A stretch of 32,000 bases of DNA from Candidatus Micrarchaeum sp. (GTDB taxonomy: Archaea; Micrarchaeota; Micrarchaeia; Micrarchaeales; Micrarchaeaceae): the NCBI RefSeq assembly GCF_016806735.1, contig NZ_CP060530.1, positions 840,001 through 872,000 on the forward strand, written 5' to 3'. Made by a program: the position numbers and the translations under genes. Below, in pieces: positions 22,391-31,619 of the stretch. Under the pieces are notes generated by a model that searched no databases, was not told the origin of the DNA, and saw only the letters and a list, made by a program, of their open reading frames with translations. Each line of letters starts with the position of its first letter. The first letter of the stretch is position 1.

Positions 22391-23175
22391 TGTCCAGCCG
22401 CCCTCGGAGAAATCGTCGCGCTCTGCAACTTGTTTTTCATTTCCTCCTCGAAATCAGTATAACCCCTGTCGAAATGCGCTCCGAGCCTTTCAGGCCCAGA
22501 CAGTATCCTTACATTTTTGACGTTTGATGCGCTGTCATTGAACAATGCGAGCATGTTTTCCATGGCCTTGCTGTCGAAATGCATGTCCAGTATGCTTATG
22601 TCGCCCTTAAGCCTTGCGAAAAAGTCCTTTGACAGCAACAGCATGTTCGAGTATGGGGTTTCCGGATCTATGCTTATGGACCTTAACGAATGGGCCTCCT
22701 GCAACCTGCTCGCTATAGTAATGCCCTTTATGCCTACGTATATGCCCAATGCAACGCCTATGAAAGGCGCCAGGGTTATTATGGGCCCTATGTAGAAGTC
22801 AGCGTCCATCAGGGCAAGCAGCATACCGAATATCAAAGATGAAAAAAGCATCCCTACGCTCAATGTCTTGAGGTTCTGCCTTGTTATGAGCAGCATTGCG
22901 CCTATGCTGAACATTATGAGCGTGAATGGCAGCATAACATATGTTATATGGACAGCTATTGCAAGCGCGGAAGTGCCCTCGAGTGATGTCAATAATGTGT
23001 TTGAAGGGGTTATGTTGTATGTAGTTATAATGGAAGTAATTCCCCTGACCACTCCTACGCTATATGACAGGAACTGCATGTAGTAGAAATTCGAAAGCAT
23101 GGCTATGAATCCTGCGGCGAGCGCAATGTACGCCAACCTTCCATGTGCACTTCGTGATGGTCGCTGAATTTCCAT
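22387..23175 (-). CDS. 3'-truncated paralogue of the cassette membrane protein (cassette B)
   Basis: Collinear with 8385-9359 ('AAGFIAMLSNFYYMQFLSYSVG...ILDMHFDSKAMENML...FDRGYTDFEEEMKNK'). It then diverges into 13 unrelated codons that are out-of-frame mcm sequence before the stop. It lacks about 75 C-terminal residues present in copy A. Start taken as ATG 23175; the ORF track uses TTG 23196. Confidence 0.6.
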   Translation of the reverse strand: MEIQRPSRSAHGRLAYIALAAGFIAMLSNFYYMQFLSYSVGVVRGITSIITTYNITPSNTLLTSLEGTSALAIAVHITYVMLPFTLIMFSIGAMLLITRQNLKTLSVGMLFSSLIFGMLLALMDADFYIGPIITLAPFIGVALGIYVGIKGITIASRLQEAHSLRSISIDPETPYSNMLLLSKDFFARLKGDISILDMHFDSKAMENMLALFNDSASNVKNVRILSGPERLGAHFDRGYTDFEEEMKNKLQSATISPRAAGH

Positions 23176-23207
23176 ATTTATAGTTTTGAAAGGCAAGTAA
23201 TAAAGTT

Positions 23208-23225
23208 CTAATTATTTATAATTAG
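23208..23225. promoter_or_regulatory. 18-bp AT-rich perfect palindrome CTAATTAT-TT-ATAATTAG in the cassette B divergent promoter region
   Basis: 8-bp arms with a 2-nt spacer. It contains TTTATA and its complement TATAAA. It lies 42 nt from ATG 23175 (minus strand) and 50 nt from ATG 23267 (plus strand). Could be a bidirectional TATA element and/or an operator. Confidence 0.3.
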
Positions 23226-23266
23226 ATGAATATGCTTTAGGTATTTGGATGACAAGGTAATAGTAT

Positions 23267-25273
23267 ATGAGAATGTTGGCAGGTTTTATTTTTGTTTTCT
23301 TAATCCTCACCGTATTTTTAGTGTCATACTCTATTGCCGCTTCATATAACAATGCTTCGTTGACAGCTAACGTTGTTGTTGTGCCTGGATGCCCCTTTTC
23401 AATAAGCGCCAACGTGCCTAGAGTTATAGCAGGAGTTGGTAATTTCAATATTAATTACTCGCTAAGCCCAACCGTCAACTGTACCTTGCCCAGCATGTAT
23501 GGGATGTTAAGGCTCTACAATAATAAAAGGATGGTTTATTCCGAGAATCTCAGTGCGAATGTTCCTTCTTCCAACACCATAAGAATAAATACGTCCAGCC
23601 TAAAGGGTGGTCAATATTCTGGAAACCTGAGCTTTGCAAACAACCATACGAGCAATTTCACGAATGTGGATTTCACGGTGCTGAGCGCAGCAAAGCTGGT
23701 AATCTCAAACTTTAGAGTAGTGGGCCCCGTAAACACGGGATCCAATATAAACATGCACCTCATTCTGAAAAGCGAGGGCGATTACGGCGCCGGCAATGTC
23801 ATATTATTCCTTAACCTGACATCGCCCTATATAAAAAACCTAACGATTCCCATAAAAAATATACCGGCCGCCCCGGCTTCTGTAGACATAGCATTACCAT
23901 CGGAAAGCAATCTTGCCTTATACGCCGGCACCTACAAAATCTCGGCTTATGTGGAATATACCGACCCTATGGTAAGCAACAAGACTTATACGACAGCGCC
24001 GTTTAACACTACTTATATTGTAAATGCACCAAGCCACCCATCCAAGCCCGTAAAATTGCCGGCAGTGCCGATACCTAAGATACCCAAGATAACAATAACC
24101 TCTGCGCCTTTGTACATAACAATGAACTCGAATAGCACGATATCAACAAGCATAGGGATTTCTAATCCATCCAACTCAACCGAAACGCTTAATCTAAGCG
24201 TGCCTGGATATATTAGCAATATTGTCAAGCTTTCAACGCACAGCTTAGAACTGACCCCAAATTCCAATATCTCAATTAGCGTGCTAGTTGATGGCAAGAA
24301 CCTAAGCTCTGGAGTATACAACATACCGATAAATGTAAGCGCGACCATAAACAATAAGACAAGCAGCTATACGGATTATGCGACTTTTTCCGTATCCTCA
24401 AGCGGAGTTAATGAGCCAGTAGTTAATACTGCAGTTGAACTGCAAAATAACACAAATGACGGCTATGTGGTAATAAGCATATCTACCCCAAGCAACGTGA
24501 CTATAACCAACGGGACAGCGATAACATACCTGCCGCAGGGGCTTGTACCGAACGAAAGCTACATGGACGCTTACGGCATGCCCAACAACATAACGGAGAG
24601 CGATGGCTATTATTACGTAGAATGGCACATAAGCAAGCTTAAGCCACTGCAAACCGTATACGCGTATATATATGTCAGGAAGCAGGTTAGCCAGCTCCTT
24701 TTTAGCGGCATACATACAGATATATTAGCTCCTTCTGTTACAACACCAAGCATACTGCACTTGCTTTACGTGAATTCTCCATCATTCGAGACATTAGGAA
24801 ACGGGACCACGGTAGTCGAGCTTTTGTACACGGGCGCATACCCCTCTTCCGTAAATCTGGAGCTTACGGGGCCGCCATATATGCATATCTATAACGCATC
24901 GCAAAGCCTGCCTGCCTTGCCTAACCAATTATTGTACGCTTATTTCAAGCAGACTGCCGGGAATACTTCAGGTACCTCGATAGAGAAGCTATTAATAACG
25001 GCCAAGGGGGCGGCGATAAATTATACTGTGCCATTGGTAATAAACAGCAGGCCGGTTAAAATAACCACTACAACTACAATAGCACCCAATATCATAGGCA
25101 CAGCTGCAGAAGCCATAAAGGGCGCAGTGCAAAGGTATTTTATCCTTCTCTTAGTAATAATTATTGCGATAATTATTACAATATCTTATTACAGGTATAT
25201 CAATAAGCCACATTATGACAGGAGCAGGTCGGAGTACATAAAGAGCATGAAAAAACGTATAGGAAAGAAATAA
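23267..25273 (+). CDS. Exported type-I membrane glycoprotein with CARDB/Ig-like domains (cassette B paralogue)
   Basis: 668 aa, with signal peptide, 'SLTANVVVVPGCPFSISANVP', Pro-rich linker 'HPSKPVKLPAVPIPKIPK', C-terminal TM 'YFILLLVIIIAIIITISYY' and a basic tail. The C-terminal two-thirds is highly similar to 9635-11677, for example 'VNTAVELQNNTNDGYVVISISTPSNVTITNGTAITYLPQGLVPNESYMDAYG'. Confidence 0.7.
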   Translation: MRMLAGFIFVFLILTVFLVSYSIAASYNNASLTANVVVVPGCPFSISANVPRVIAGVGNFNINYSLSPTVNCTLPSMYGMLRLYNNKRMVYSENLSANVPSSNTIRINTSSLKGGQYSGNLSFANNHTSNFTNVDFTVLSAAKLVISNFRVVGPVNTGSNINMHLILKSEGDYGAGNVILFLNLTSPYIKNLTIPIKNIPAAPASVDIALPSESNLALYAGTYKISAYVEYTDPMVSNKTYTTAPFNTTYIVNAPSHPSKPVKLPAVPIPKIPKITITSAPLYITMNSNSTISTSIGISNPSNSTETLNLSVPGYISNIVKLSTHSLELTPNSNISISVLVDGKNLSSGVYNIPINVSATINNKTSSYTDYATFSVSSSGVNEPVVNTAVELQNNTNDGYVVISISTPSNVTITNGTAITYLPQGLVPNESYMDAYGMPNNITESDGYYYVEWHISKLKPLQTVYAYIYVRKQVSQLLFSGIHTDILAPSVTTPSILHLLYVNSPSFETLGNGTTVVELLYTGAYPSSVNLELTGPPYMHIYNASQSLPALPNQLLYAYFKQTAGNTSGTSIEKLLITAKGAAINYTVPLVINSRPVKITTTTTIAPNIIGTAAEAIKGAVQRYFILLLVIIIAIIITISYYRYINKPHYDRSRSEYIKSMKKRIGKK

Positions 25274-26092
25274 ATGAAAAAGAATATAATAACACGGAAT
25301 AGCATATCACAACGCACAAACCCGTATATAGTCAGAATATCCGCACAGAAAGGAGGCGTAGGCAAGACCACTGTTGCAGTAAACCTCGCGATAGCTATGA
25401 AGATGCGTGGATATCTGACTTTATTGGTTGATGCTGATACCTCAAATCCAGCGATAGGCATACATTTGGGGCTTGATTATGTCAATGCAGGATTTATTGA
25501 CCATGTGCGTGGAAGGGCAAGCACGGAGAGCGTAGTGGTAACGCATGCACCCAGCGGATTGGCCGTAATATGCGGCTCTATAACCAATGCCGCTTTCATG
25601 CTTACTTATAAAGAGGCAAAGACGAGCTATGACGAACTCAAAAAATCGAGATACGACCTAATAGTTATAGACACGGAACCTGGCTATGTCCATGACGTAG
25701 TTACTGAGGGCATAAATGAAACAATAATAGTAAGCAACCCTGACATGCCAAGTTATATAAGTGCGTTAAGGATATCGGAATATTTCAGCTCCAAGGGCAT
25801 ACTCAACAGCATGGTAGTAAACAGGGTAGCCGGAAAAAGACATGAGATAAGCAGCAGAGAAATAATAGAGAACTTTAACGGTAAGGTTGGATTCCTGCCA
25901 GAGGATGACATAGTACCAATAAGCATAGCTGCTAAGACTCCTGCTGTTATGCTTAACCCGAAAAGCAAGTTTTCAAAGGCAATCGATGAGATAGCAGATG
26001 ATTTATCTTCCCGTATAGGAATGCCGCTTGACAACGATGTGGTTTATGGCTACAAGGCAGGAAAGAAGCGAATTTTTGGTTCAAAGCGATAG
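25274..26092 (+). CDS. MinD/ParA-family (SIMIBI) P-loop ATPase (cassette B)
   Basis: 'SAQKGGVGKTT', 'LLVDAD' and 'DLIVIDTEPG'. The ATG directly abuts the upstream TAA (25271-25273). It aligns without gaps to 11664-12476 by eye. Confidence 0.85.
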   Translation: MKKNIITRNSISQRTNPYIVRISAQKGGVGKTTVAVNLAIAMKMRGYLTLLVDADTSNPAIGIHLGLDYVNAGFIDHVRGRASTESVVVTHAPSGLAVICGSITNAAFMLTYKEAKTSYDELKKSRYDLIVIDTEPGYVHDVVTEGINETIIVSNPDMPSYISALRISEYFSSKGILNSMVVNRVAGKRHEISSREIIENFNGKVGFLPEDDIVPISIAAKTPAVMLNPKSKFSKAIDEIADDLSSRIGMPLDNDVVYGYKAGKKRIFGSKR

Positions 26093-26159
26093 ACTTTAAT
26101 CAATAATCTGCATACAGTGGAATAGTTGATTTTAGCTTTCAAAAAGAGTTGATAATGCA

Positions 26160-29100
26160 ATGGCAGGGAACAAGAAGGAATTGGCCATTATGTGCTTTTG
26201 CATGGCAGTAGTATTGCTTGTTTCCATGGCATATATTGAAACCGCATTTGCGGCCTCTAGTCAGATCCTTTATGGAAACGTAATAACAAGCAATGGCATT
26301 TCCAAAACCGCCGCCACAACCAGGGGCATAACAAATATAGGAATAACCAGCGCGCAGGGTTATGGTTTAAAGAGTAAGCTCGTAGGTTCTTTAACCAGTA
26401 TTTTGAACAAATTATCCCCTAAGGTGAAAAACCGCAGATTGCTAATCTCGGCTGCTTCGAATTTAGAGTATTATAATATAGCATCAAGGGGCATTGGTTA
26501 CAATAAATCGATAAACATATCGATAGCTTATCCGAAAAACATTACAGCATTTATAAGTAACAACCTAATCAATATTTCAATAGCTAATCTTATTATAAAG
26601 CAGAACCTGTCCAGTATGCAGAATGAACATCGGTTAAGCAGCAAGGTAAATTATGTTCCAAAAGGATTGAAAACACCAATATTGATTAATGGAAGCACTT
26701 CATTGATCAATCTTACTGTTAAACTCAACTACAATTATACAAACACCCATACAGTAGTAGCGATAACACATACGCCGCCAAATAACACGAAGCCAATGCC
26801 TAGATCGGCAGCTTATTACTTTCATGTAAACAGCACTATAAGCGACACGCATGTGCAAAACGCCAATTATACATTTGCAGTCAACAGAAGCTGGATAATT
26901 GAAAACAATATAAGCGAGGGCCAAGTATCCCTTTATAAATATGTAAAAGGGTCATGGGTGCAGATGCCAACCATAATGATAGGCAACAATTCAACGGCTT
27001 ATTTTTACGATGGAAGATCTGATTCTCTTTCGACTTACGCCATATCGTATTCTACCGGAAGTGTCACCAGCAGCGCAAACCCGTTGAGTTTGACATTGCC
27101 CACTGGGTATAATCTTTACTTATGCGCAGCAGGAGCAAACTACACATTCGCCAAGAGAAGCCCGATAAGCTGGGTGGCATTGCAGAATGCAAGCGGGCCT
27201 AGCAGTCCTCCTGCTGCTGCTTCTATAGGATATCAAACAAGCAATATATGCAAGGCATCTGTACCGACTAAAAAAAGAAACGATTATTATTTAGGGTTGG
27301 CAATTGCAGGGATGGGCTTGAACCTTACTCATTATTCCTTTTATGGAGCTGCGGCAAACAGCAGCGCCGCTACGACATTGAATTATCCTGTAAATGTTAA
27401 CGGCTCTTTCGTTACAATACTAGTAGCTTCTGGATATTACGGATTGAGTGGACTTCCAACAATACCAAACACGTGTATAACACAGCAGATAACCACAAAT
27501 TCCACAAGTTATGAATCGGCTTATATAGCGACATGTAAAGATGCAGCTCCTGGCAATTACACAGTATCTGCAAGCAATGGCAATTTTGGGGCGACTACCA
27601 TTGAGGCCTTTGTATTCCAGCCAGGAAACGTAATATTTTATGATAATCCACAAGGAGCAGGTTATGTATCGGCAAACAATAAAACTTACAGTAATGGACA
27701 GAGCGCGTTATTATTAGGTAGGGGAGAAATTTCTGCAATTCCAAAAACGAACTTCGTGTTTACCAATTGGACAGTCAGCAGTGCAAATTTGAGCATTGCA
27801 AATGTATATGCGCAGACAACAAACCTTACCGTAATGGGCAATGGAGCAATAACGGCAAGCTATAACGGGATAACAAAATTCGAGGAGAGCGGGCTGCCCT
27901 CAGGTGCGACATGGAGCGCAGTTTATGACGGGATAACAAATACAACAACAGGCAATATGGTATCGTTCGATACGGTTCCCGGAAACCATGCATTCGCCAT
28001 AGAGAACGTAACGTATAATGGAAACACGTACATACCGAAGCCTTCATCGGGAAGTTTGGTTGCAGGAAATGTTACAAGCGTAGCATTCAGTGAGGAAGGA
28101 ATACTTTCTTTGGTTATACAGTCTAACAAGACCGCATATGATACTTCTGATTTGGTTACGGCAACTGCCCCACTGCCTACGCAGGACATAGAGATATTGA
28201 TAGGGAAGGGTTCATTGCCCGGCGTTGAGGTTGCCGATGGAATCGGAAGCGCATCATGCAATCTTTACAGCACGTGCAATGCAAATGCGCCATTGGGTGC
28301 AGGGATTTATAATGTAAGTGCAGAGGTAACCTCAACAGGCAATGTAATCAGCAAGAGCGTTAACATAACAAGGGCAATTCCTAAATTGAGCCTTTCAGTT
28401 CCAAACAGTTATGTGTATGATGGCAATGGAGGAGCTGTAACGTTTAACATATCGACATACAACAATCAATTGGAAGGGCTTCTTAATGTAAACAATGCCA
28501 CAGTTGCGAGCACATATTCCACAAATACATATACTACTTCTTCAAGTGTAGGCAATTACAGCGCATTGTTTTATGATAACGGAAACAACAATTACACGTC
28601 TGTATCAAAATCAGGAAGCTTCTCGATACTCCCGAAGCTTTATACTGTGAACTTTACTGAAAATGCAAGCACAGGCACTACAGGCACATTATCCGTAAGC
28701 GCACCTTCAGGATATAATTTGTATCTTTGTGATGGAGGCGCAGGTAATGCTGGGATAACATATAGCACAGGAACAACTGATGCTTCCGATACATATTCTT
28801 ACATAGGGCACCAGACAGCTAATACATGTACAGAAACTACTACAGGGCCTGATTTAACGGAAGGAATAATAGGCATAAAAGCATCACCAACCTATTCATT
28901 GGCAACAAGCACTGGAACAGCTACAGACAGCTTAACGTATAACGTAACAAAAAATGACTCGTTCGTTGCGATAATGATCTCTTCGGGATATTTTGGCTTA
29001 TCCTCGGCACCCGTGATACCAAGCGGATGTACGGAAAAGGCATATATTACTGGAGGGGATACCTATGAATCCGCATATATAGCGATATGCCAATCCCAAA

Positions 29101-31565
29101 TAAAGGGTCAATATTCAATAAGTGCATCTTCTTCCTCGGGAGGTTATATAACAATTGGCGCATATGTGTTTCCGCCATATTCATTGACATTGGATGACAA
29201 CCCAGCGGCTGGCACCATAACCACCGATGGGAAAACATTCTCGAATGGAGAAACCACCAACGTAATAGGCACAGGAACAATAACGGCAAACCCTCCGAAT
29301 AACTTCGTGTTTACTAATTGGACAATCAGCAGTGCAAATTTGAGCATTGCAAATGTATATGCGCAGACAACAAACCTTACCGTAATGGGCAATGGAGCAA
29401 TAACGGCAAGCTATAACGGGATAACAAAATTCGAGGAGAGCGGGCTGCCCTCAGGTGCGACATGGAGCGCAGTTTATGACGGGATAACAAATACAACAAC
29501 AGGCAATATGGTATCGTTCGATACGGTTCCCGGAAACCATGCATTCGCCATAGAGAACGTAACGTATAATGGAAACACGTACATACCGAAGCCTTCATCG
29601 GGAAGTTTGGTTGCAGGAAATGTTACAAGCGTAGCATTCAGTGAGGAAGGAATACTTTCTTTGGTTATACAGTCTAACAAGACCGCATATGATACTTCTG
29701 ATTTGGTTACGGCAACTGCCCCACTGCCTACGCAGGACATAGAGATATTGATAGGGAAGGGTTCATTGCCCGGCGTTGAGGTTGCCGATGGAATCGGAAG
29801 CGCATCATGCAATCTTTACAGCACGTGCAATGCAAATGCGCCATTGGGTGCAGGGATTTATAATGTAAGTGCAGAGGTAACCTCAACAGGCAATGTAATC
29901 AGCAAGAGCGTTAACATAACAAGGGCAATTCCTAAATTGAGCCTTTCAGTTCCAAACAGTTATGTGTATGATGGCAATGGAGGAGCTGTAACGTTTAACA
30001 TATCGACATACAACAATCAATTGGAAGGGCTTCTTAATGTAAACAATGCCACAGTTGCGAGCACATATTCCACAAATACATATACTACTTCTTCAAGTGT
30101 AGGCAATTACAGCGCATTGTTTTATGATAACGGAAACAACAATTACACGTCTGTATCAAAATCAGGAAGCTTCTCGATACTCCCGAAGCTTTATACTGTG
30201 AACTTTACTGAAAATGCAAGCACAGGCACTACAGGCACATTATCCGTAAGCGCACCTTCAGGATATAATTTGTATCTTTGTGATGGAGGCGCAGGTAATG
30301 CTGGGATAACATATAGCACAGGAACAACTGATGCTTCCGATACATATTCTTACATAGGGCACCAGACAGCTAATACATGTACAGAAACTACTACAGGGCC
30401 TGATTTAACGGAAGGAATAATAGGCATAAAAGCATCACCAACCTATTCATTGGCAACAAGCACTGGAACAGCTACAGACAGCTTAACGTATAACGTAACA
30501 AAAAATGACTCGTTCGTTGCGATAATGATCTCTTCGGGATATTTTGGCTTATCCTCGGCACCCGTGATACCAAGCGGATGTACGGAAAAGGCATATATTA
30601 CTGGAGGGGATACCTATGAATCCGCATATATAGCGATATGCCAATCCCAAATAAAGGGTCAATATTCAATAAGTGCATCTTCTTCCTCGGGAGGTTATAT
30701 AACAATTGGCGCATATGTGTTTCCGCCATATTCATTGACATTGGATGACAACCCAGCGGCTGGCACCATAACCACCGATGGGAAAACATTCTCGAATGGA
30801 GAAACCACCAACGTAATAGGCACAGGAACAATAACGGCAAACCCTCCGAATAACTTCGTGTTTACTAATTGGACAATCAGCAGTGCAAATTTGAGCATTG
30901 CAAATGTATATGCGCAGACAACAAACCTTACCGTAATGGGCAATGGAGCAATAACGGCAAGCTATAACGGGATAACAAAATTCGAGGAGAGCGGGCTGCC
31001 TGCGGGGACGGTTTGGAACATAACATACGATAGCATAAGGAATTCGAGTAATGGCAACATGATAAGCTTTGACACTGTGCCAGGAAGCCATGCCTTTAGC
31101 GTAGGCAATGTAATGATAAACGGATATAATTATACGCCAACTACGTATTCTGGAAGCGTAGTAGCAGGAAATACTACGTCCATAATATTTAAGCCCCCAA
31201 TATGCACCATATCGCTCAGCTCCAATTCAGTATCGTTTGGATCTTTAGGGCCTGATAGCACATATCCAGATAATGTAATGGTAACAGACTATAACAAAGG
31301 AAGCGCAGAGGCGCATGTTTTTGTATCTGGGACTAACTGGACATACGGATCTAATAATGCATTCGGATTCGGCGTATCAAATACGACATGGAGCAGTAGT
31401 GCGTTGGCAATATATGGAGGCAAGGTGTTGGAAAAGACAGCCTTCAATACTTCCATAGCAGTATTGCAGAATGGCTCAAGCCCAGTATACTTCGGGCTCA
31501 GCGTGCCGGGAGCAATACCTGCAGGGACATACACACAGAGAATAACGATAACAAACAGCTGTTAA
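26160..31565 (+). CDS. Giant secreted repeat glycoprotein / putative adhesin (1,801 aa, cassette B)
   Basis: Same architecture as 12554-17914: signal peptide, PGF-pre-PGF-like segment (about 26814-27053), three super-repeats and a 123-aa Cys-bracketed C-terminal module ('PPICTISL...VPGAIPAGTYTQRITITNSC'). No TM anchor. Confidence 0.8.
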   Translation: MAGNKKELAIMCFCMAVVLLVSMAYIETAFAASSQILYGNVITSNGISKTAATTRGITNIGITSAQGYGLKSKLVGSLTSILNKLSPKVKNRRLLISAASNLEYYNIASRGIGYNKSINISIAYPKNITAFISNNLINISIANLIIKQNLSSMQNEHRLSSKVNYVPKGLKTPILINGSTSLINLTVKLNYNYTNTHTVVAITHTPPNNTKPMPRSAAYYFHVNSTISDTHVQNANYTFAVNRSWIIENNISEGQVSLYKYVKGSWVQMPTIMIGNNSTAYFYDGRSDSLSTYAISYSTGSVTSSANPLSLTLPTGYNLYLCAAGANYTFAKRSPISWVALQNASGPSSPPAAASIGYQTSNICKASVPTKKRNDYYLGLAIAGMGLNLTHYSFYGAAANSSAATTLNYPVNVNGSFVTILVASGYYGLSGLPTIPNTCITQQITTNSTSYESAYIATCKDAAPGNYTVSASNGNFGATTIEAFVFQPGNVIFYDNPQGAGYVSANNKTYSNGQSALLLGRGEISAIPKTNFVFTNWTVSSANLSIANVYAQTTNLTVMGNGAITASYNGITKFEESGLPSGATWSAVYDGITNTTTGNMVSFDTVPGNHAFAIENVTYNGNTYIPKPSSGSLVAGNVTSVAFSEEGILSLVIQSNKTAYDTSDLVTATAPLPTQDIEILIGKGSLPGVEVADGIGSASCNLYSTCNANAPLGAGIYNVSAEVTSTGNVISKSVNITRAIPKLSLSVPNSYVYDGNGGAVTFNISTYNNQLEGLLNVNNATVASTYSTNTYTTSSSVGNYSALFYDNGNNNYTSVSKSGSFSILPKLYTVNFTENASTGTTGTLSVSAPSGYNLYLCDGGAGNAGITYSTGTTDASDTYSYIGHQTANTCTETTTGPDLTEGIIGIKASPTYSLATSTGTATDSLTYNVTKNDSFVAIMISSGYFGLSSAPVIPSGCTEKAYITGGDTYESAYIAICQSQIKGQYSISASSSSGGYITIGAYVFPPYSLTLDDNPAAGTITTDGKTFSNGETTNVIGTGTITANPPNNFVFTNWTISSANLSIANVYAQTTNLTVMGNGAITASYNGITKFEESGLPSGATWSAVYDGITNTTTGNMVSFDTVPGNHAFAIENVTYNGNTYIPKPSSGSLVAGNVTSVAFSEEGILSLVIQSNKTAYDTSDLVTATAPLPTQDIEILIGKGSLPGVEVADGIGSASCNLYSTCNANAPLGAGIYNVSAEVTSTGNVISKSVNITRAIPKLSLSVPNSYVYDGNGGAVTFNISTYNNQLEGLLNVNNATVASTYSTNTYTTSSSVGNYSALFYDNGNNNYTSVSKSGSFSILPKLYTVNFTENASTGTTGTLSVSAPSGYNLYLCDGGAGNAGITYSTGTTDASDTYSYIGHQTANTCTETTTGPDLTEGIIGIKASPTYSLATSTGTATDSLTYNVTKNDSFVAIMISSGYFGLSSAPVIPSGCTEKAYITGGDTYESAYIAICQSQIKGQYSISASSSSGGYITIGAYVFPPYSLTLDDNPAAGTITTDGKTFSNGETTNVIGTGTITANPPNNFVFTNWTISSANLSIANVYAQTTNLTVMGNGAITASYNGITKFEESGLPAGTVWNITYDSIRNSSNGNMISFDTVPGSHAFSVGNVMINGYNYTPTTYSGSVVAGNTTSIIFKPPICTISLSSNSVSFGSLGPDSTYPDNVMVTDYNKGSAEAHVFVSGTNWTYGSNNAFGFGVSNTTWSSSALAIYGGKVLEKTAFNTSIAVLQNGSSPVYFGLSVPGAIPAGTYTQRITITNSC
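27775..31000 (+). repeat. Base-perfect in-frame tandem duplication, 1551-bp unit, about 2.08 copies (giant gene B)
   Basis: 27775-29449 matches 29326-31000 at every line I compared. The last mismatch before the block is 27774 vs 29325, and the first after it is 29450 vs 31001. The ORF track shows four pairs of identical antisense ORFs offset by exactly 1551 bp. Confidence 0.9.
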
Positions 31566-31576
31566 GAGTAGGCAGG

Positions 31577-31581
31577 TTTTT
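31577..31581 (+). terminator. Short oligo-T tract after giant gene B
   Basis: TTTTT 12 nt after the TAA at 31563-31565. It is weak, and the next ORF starts 39 nt later, so at most partial termination. Confidence 0.2.
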
Positions 31582-31619
31582 AAGCTTTATTAATAAAAGA
31601 ATATTCGGAAGGTGATTTA

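Noticed and set aside
21446-22456. The truncated mcm considered as an intein-containing or naturally split gene
   Set aside because: No intein splicing motifs or homing-endonuclease-like sequence flank the break. The upstream sequence is instead collinear with the cassette membrane-protein paralogue, so deletion or fusion is the simpler reading.
27923-29812. Pairs of identical minus-strand ORFs (27826/29377, 27923/29474, 29047/30598, 29144/30695), plus similar ones in gene A (14275, 15889)
   Set aside because: Their duplication reflects the 1551-bp tandem repeat of the + strand giant gene. They are antisense by-products, not a repeated gene family.
12554-31565. Long-period repeats considered as a possible CRISPR array or mobile-element termini
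   Set aside because: The period is 1551 bp, in frame and fully coding. There are no short direct repeats with unique spacers, no terminal inverted repeats, and no transposase, integrase or cas genes in the window.
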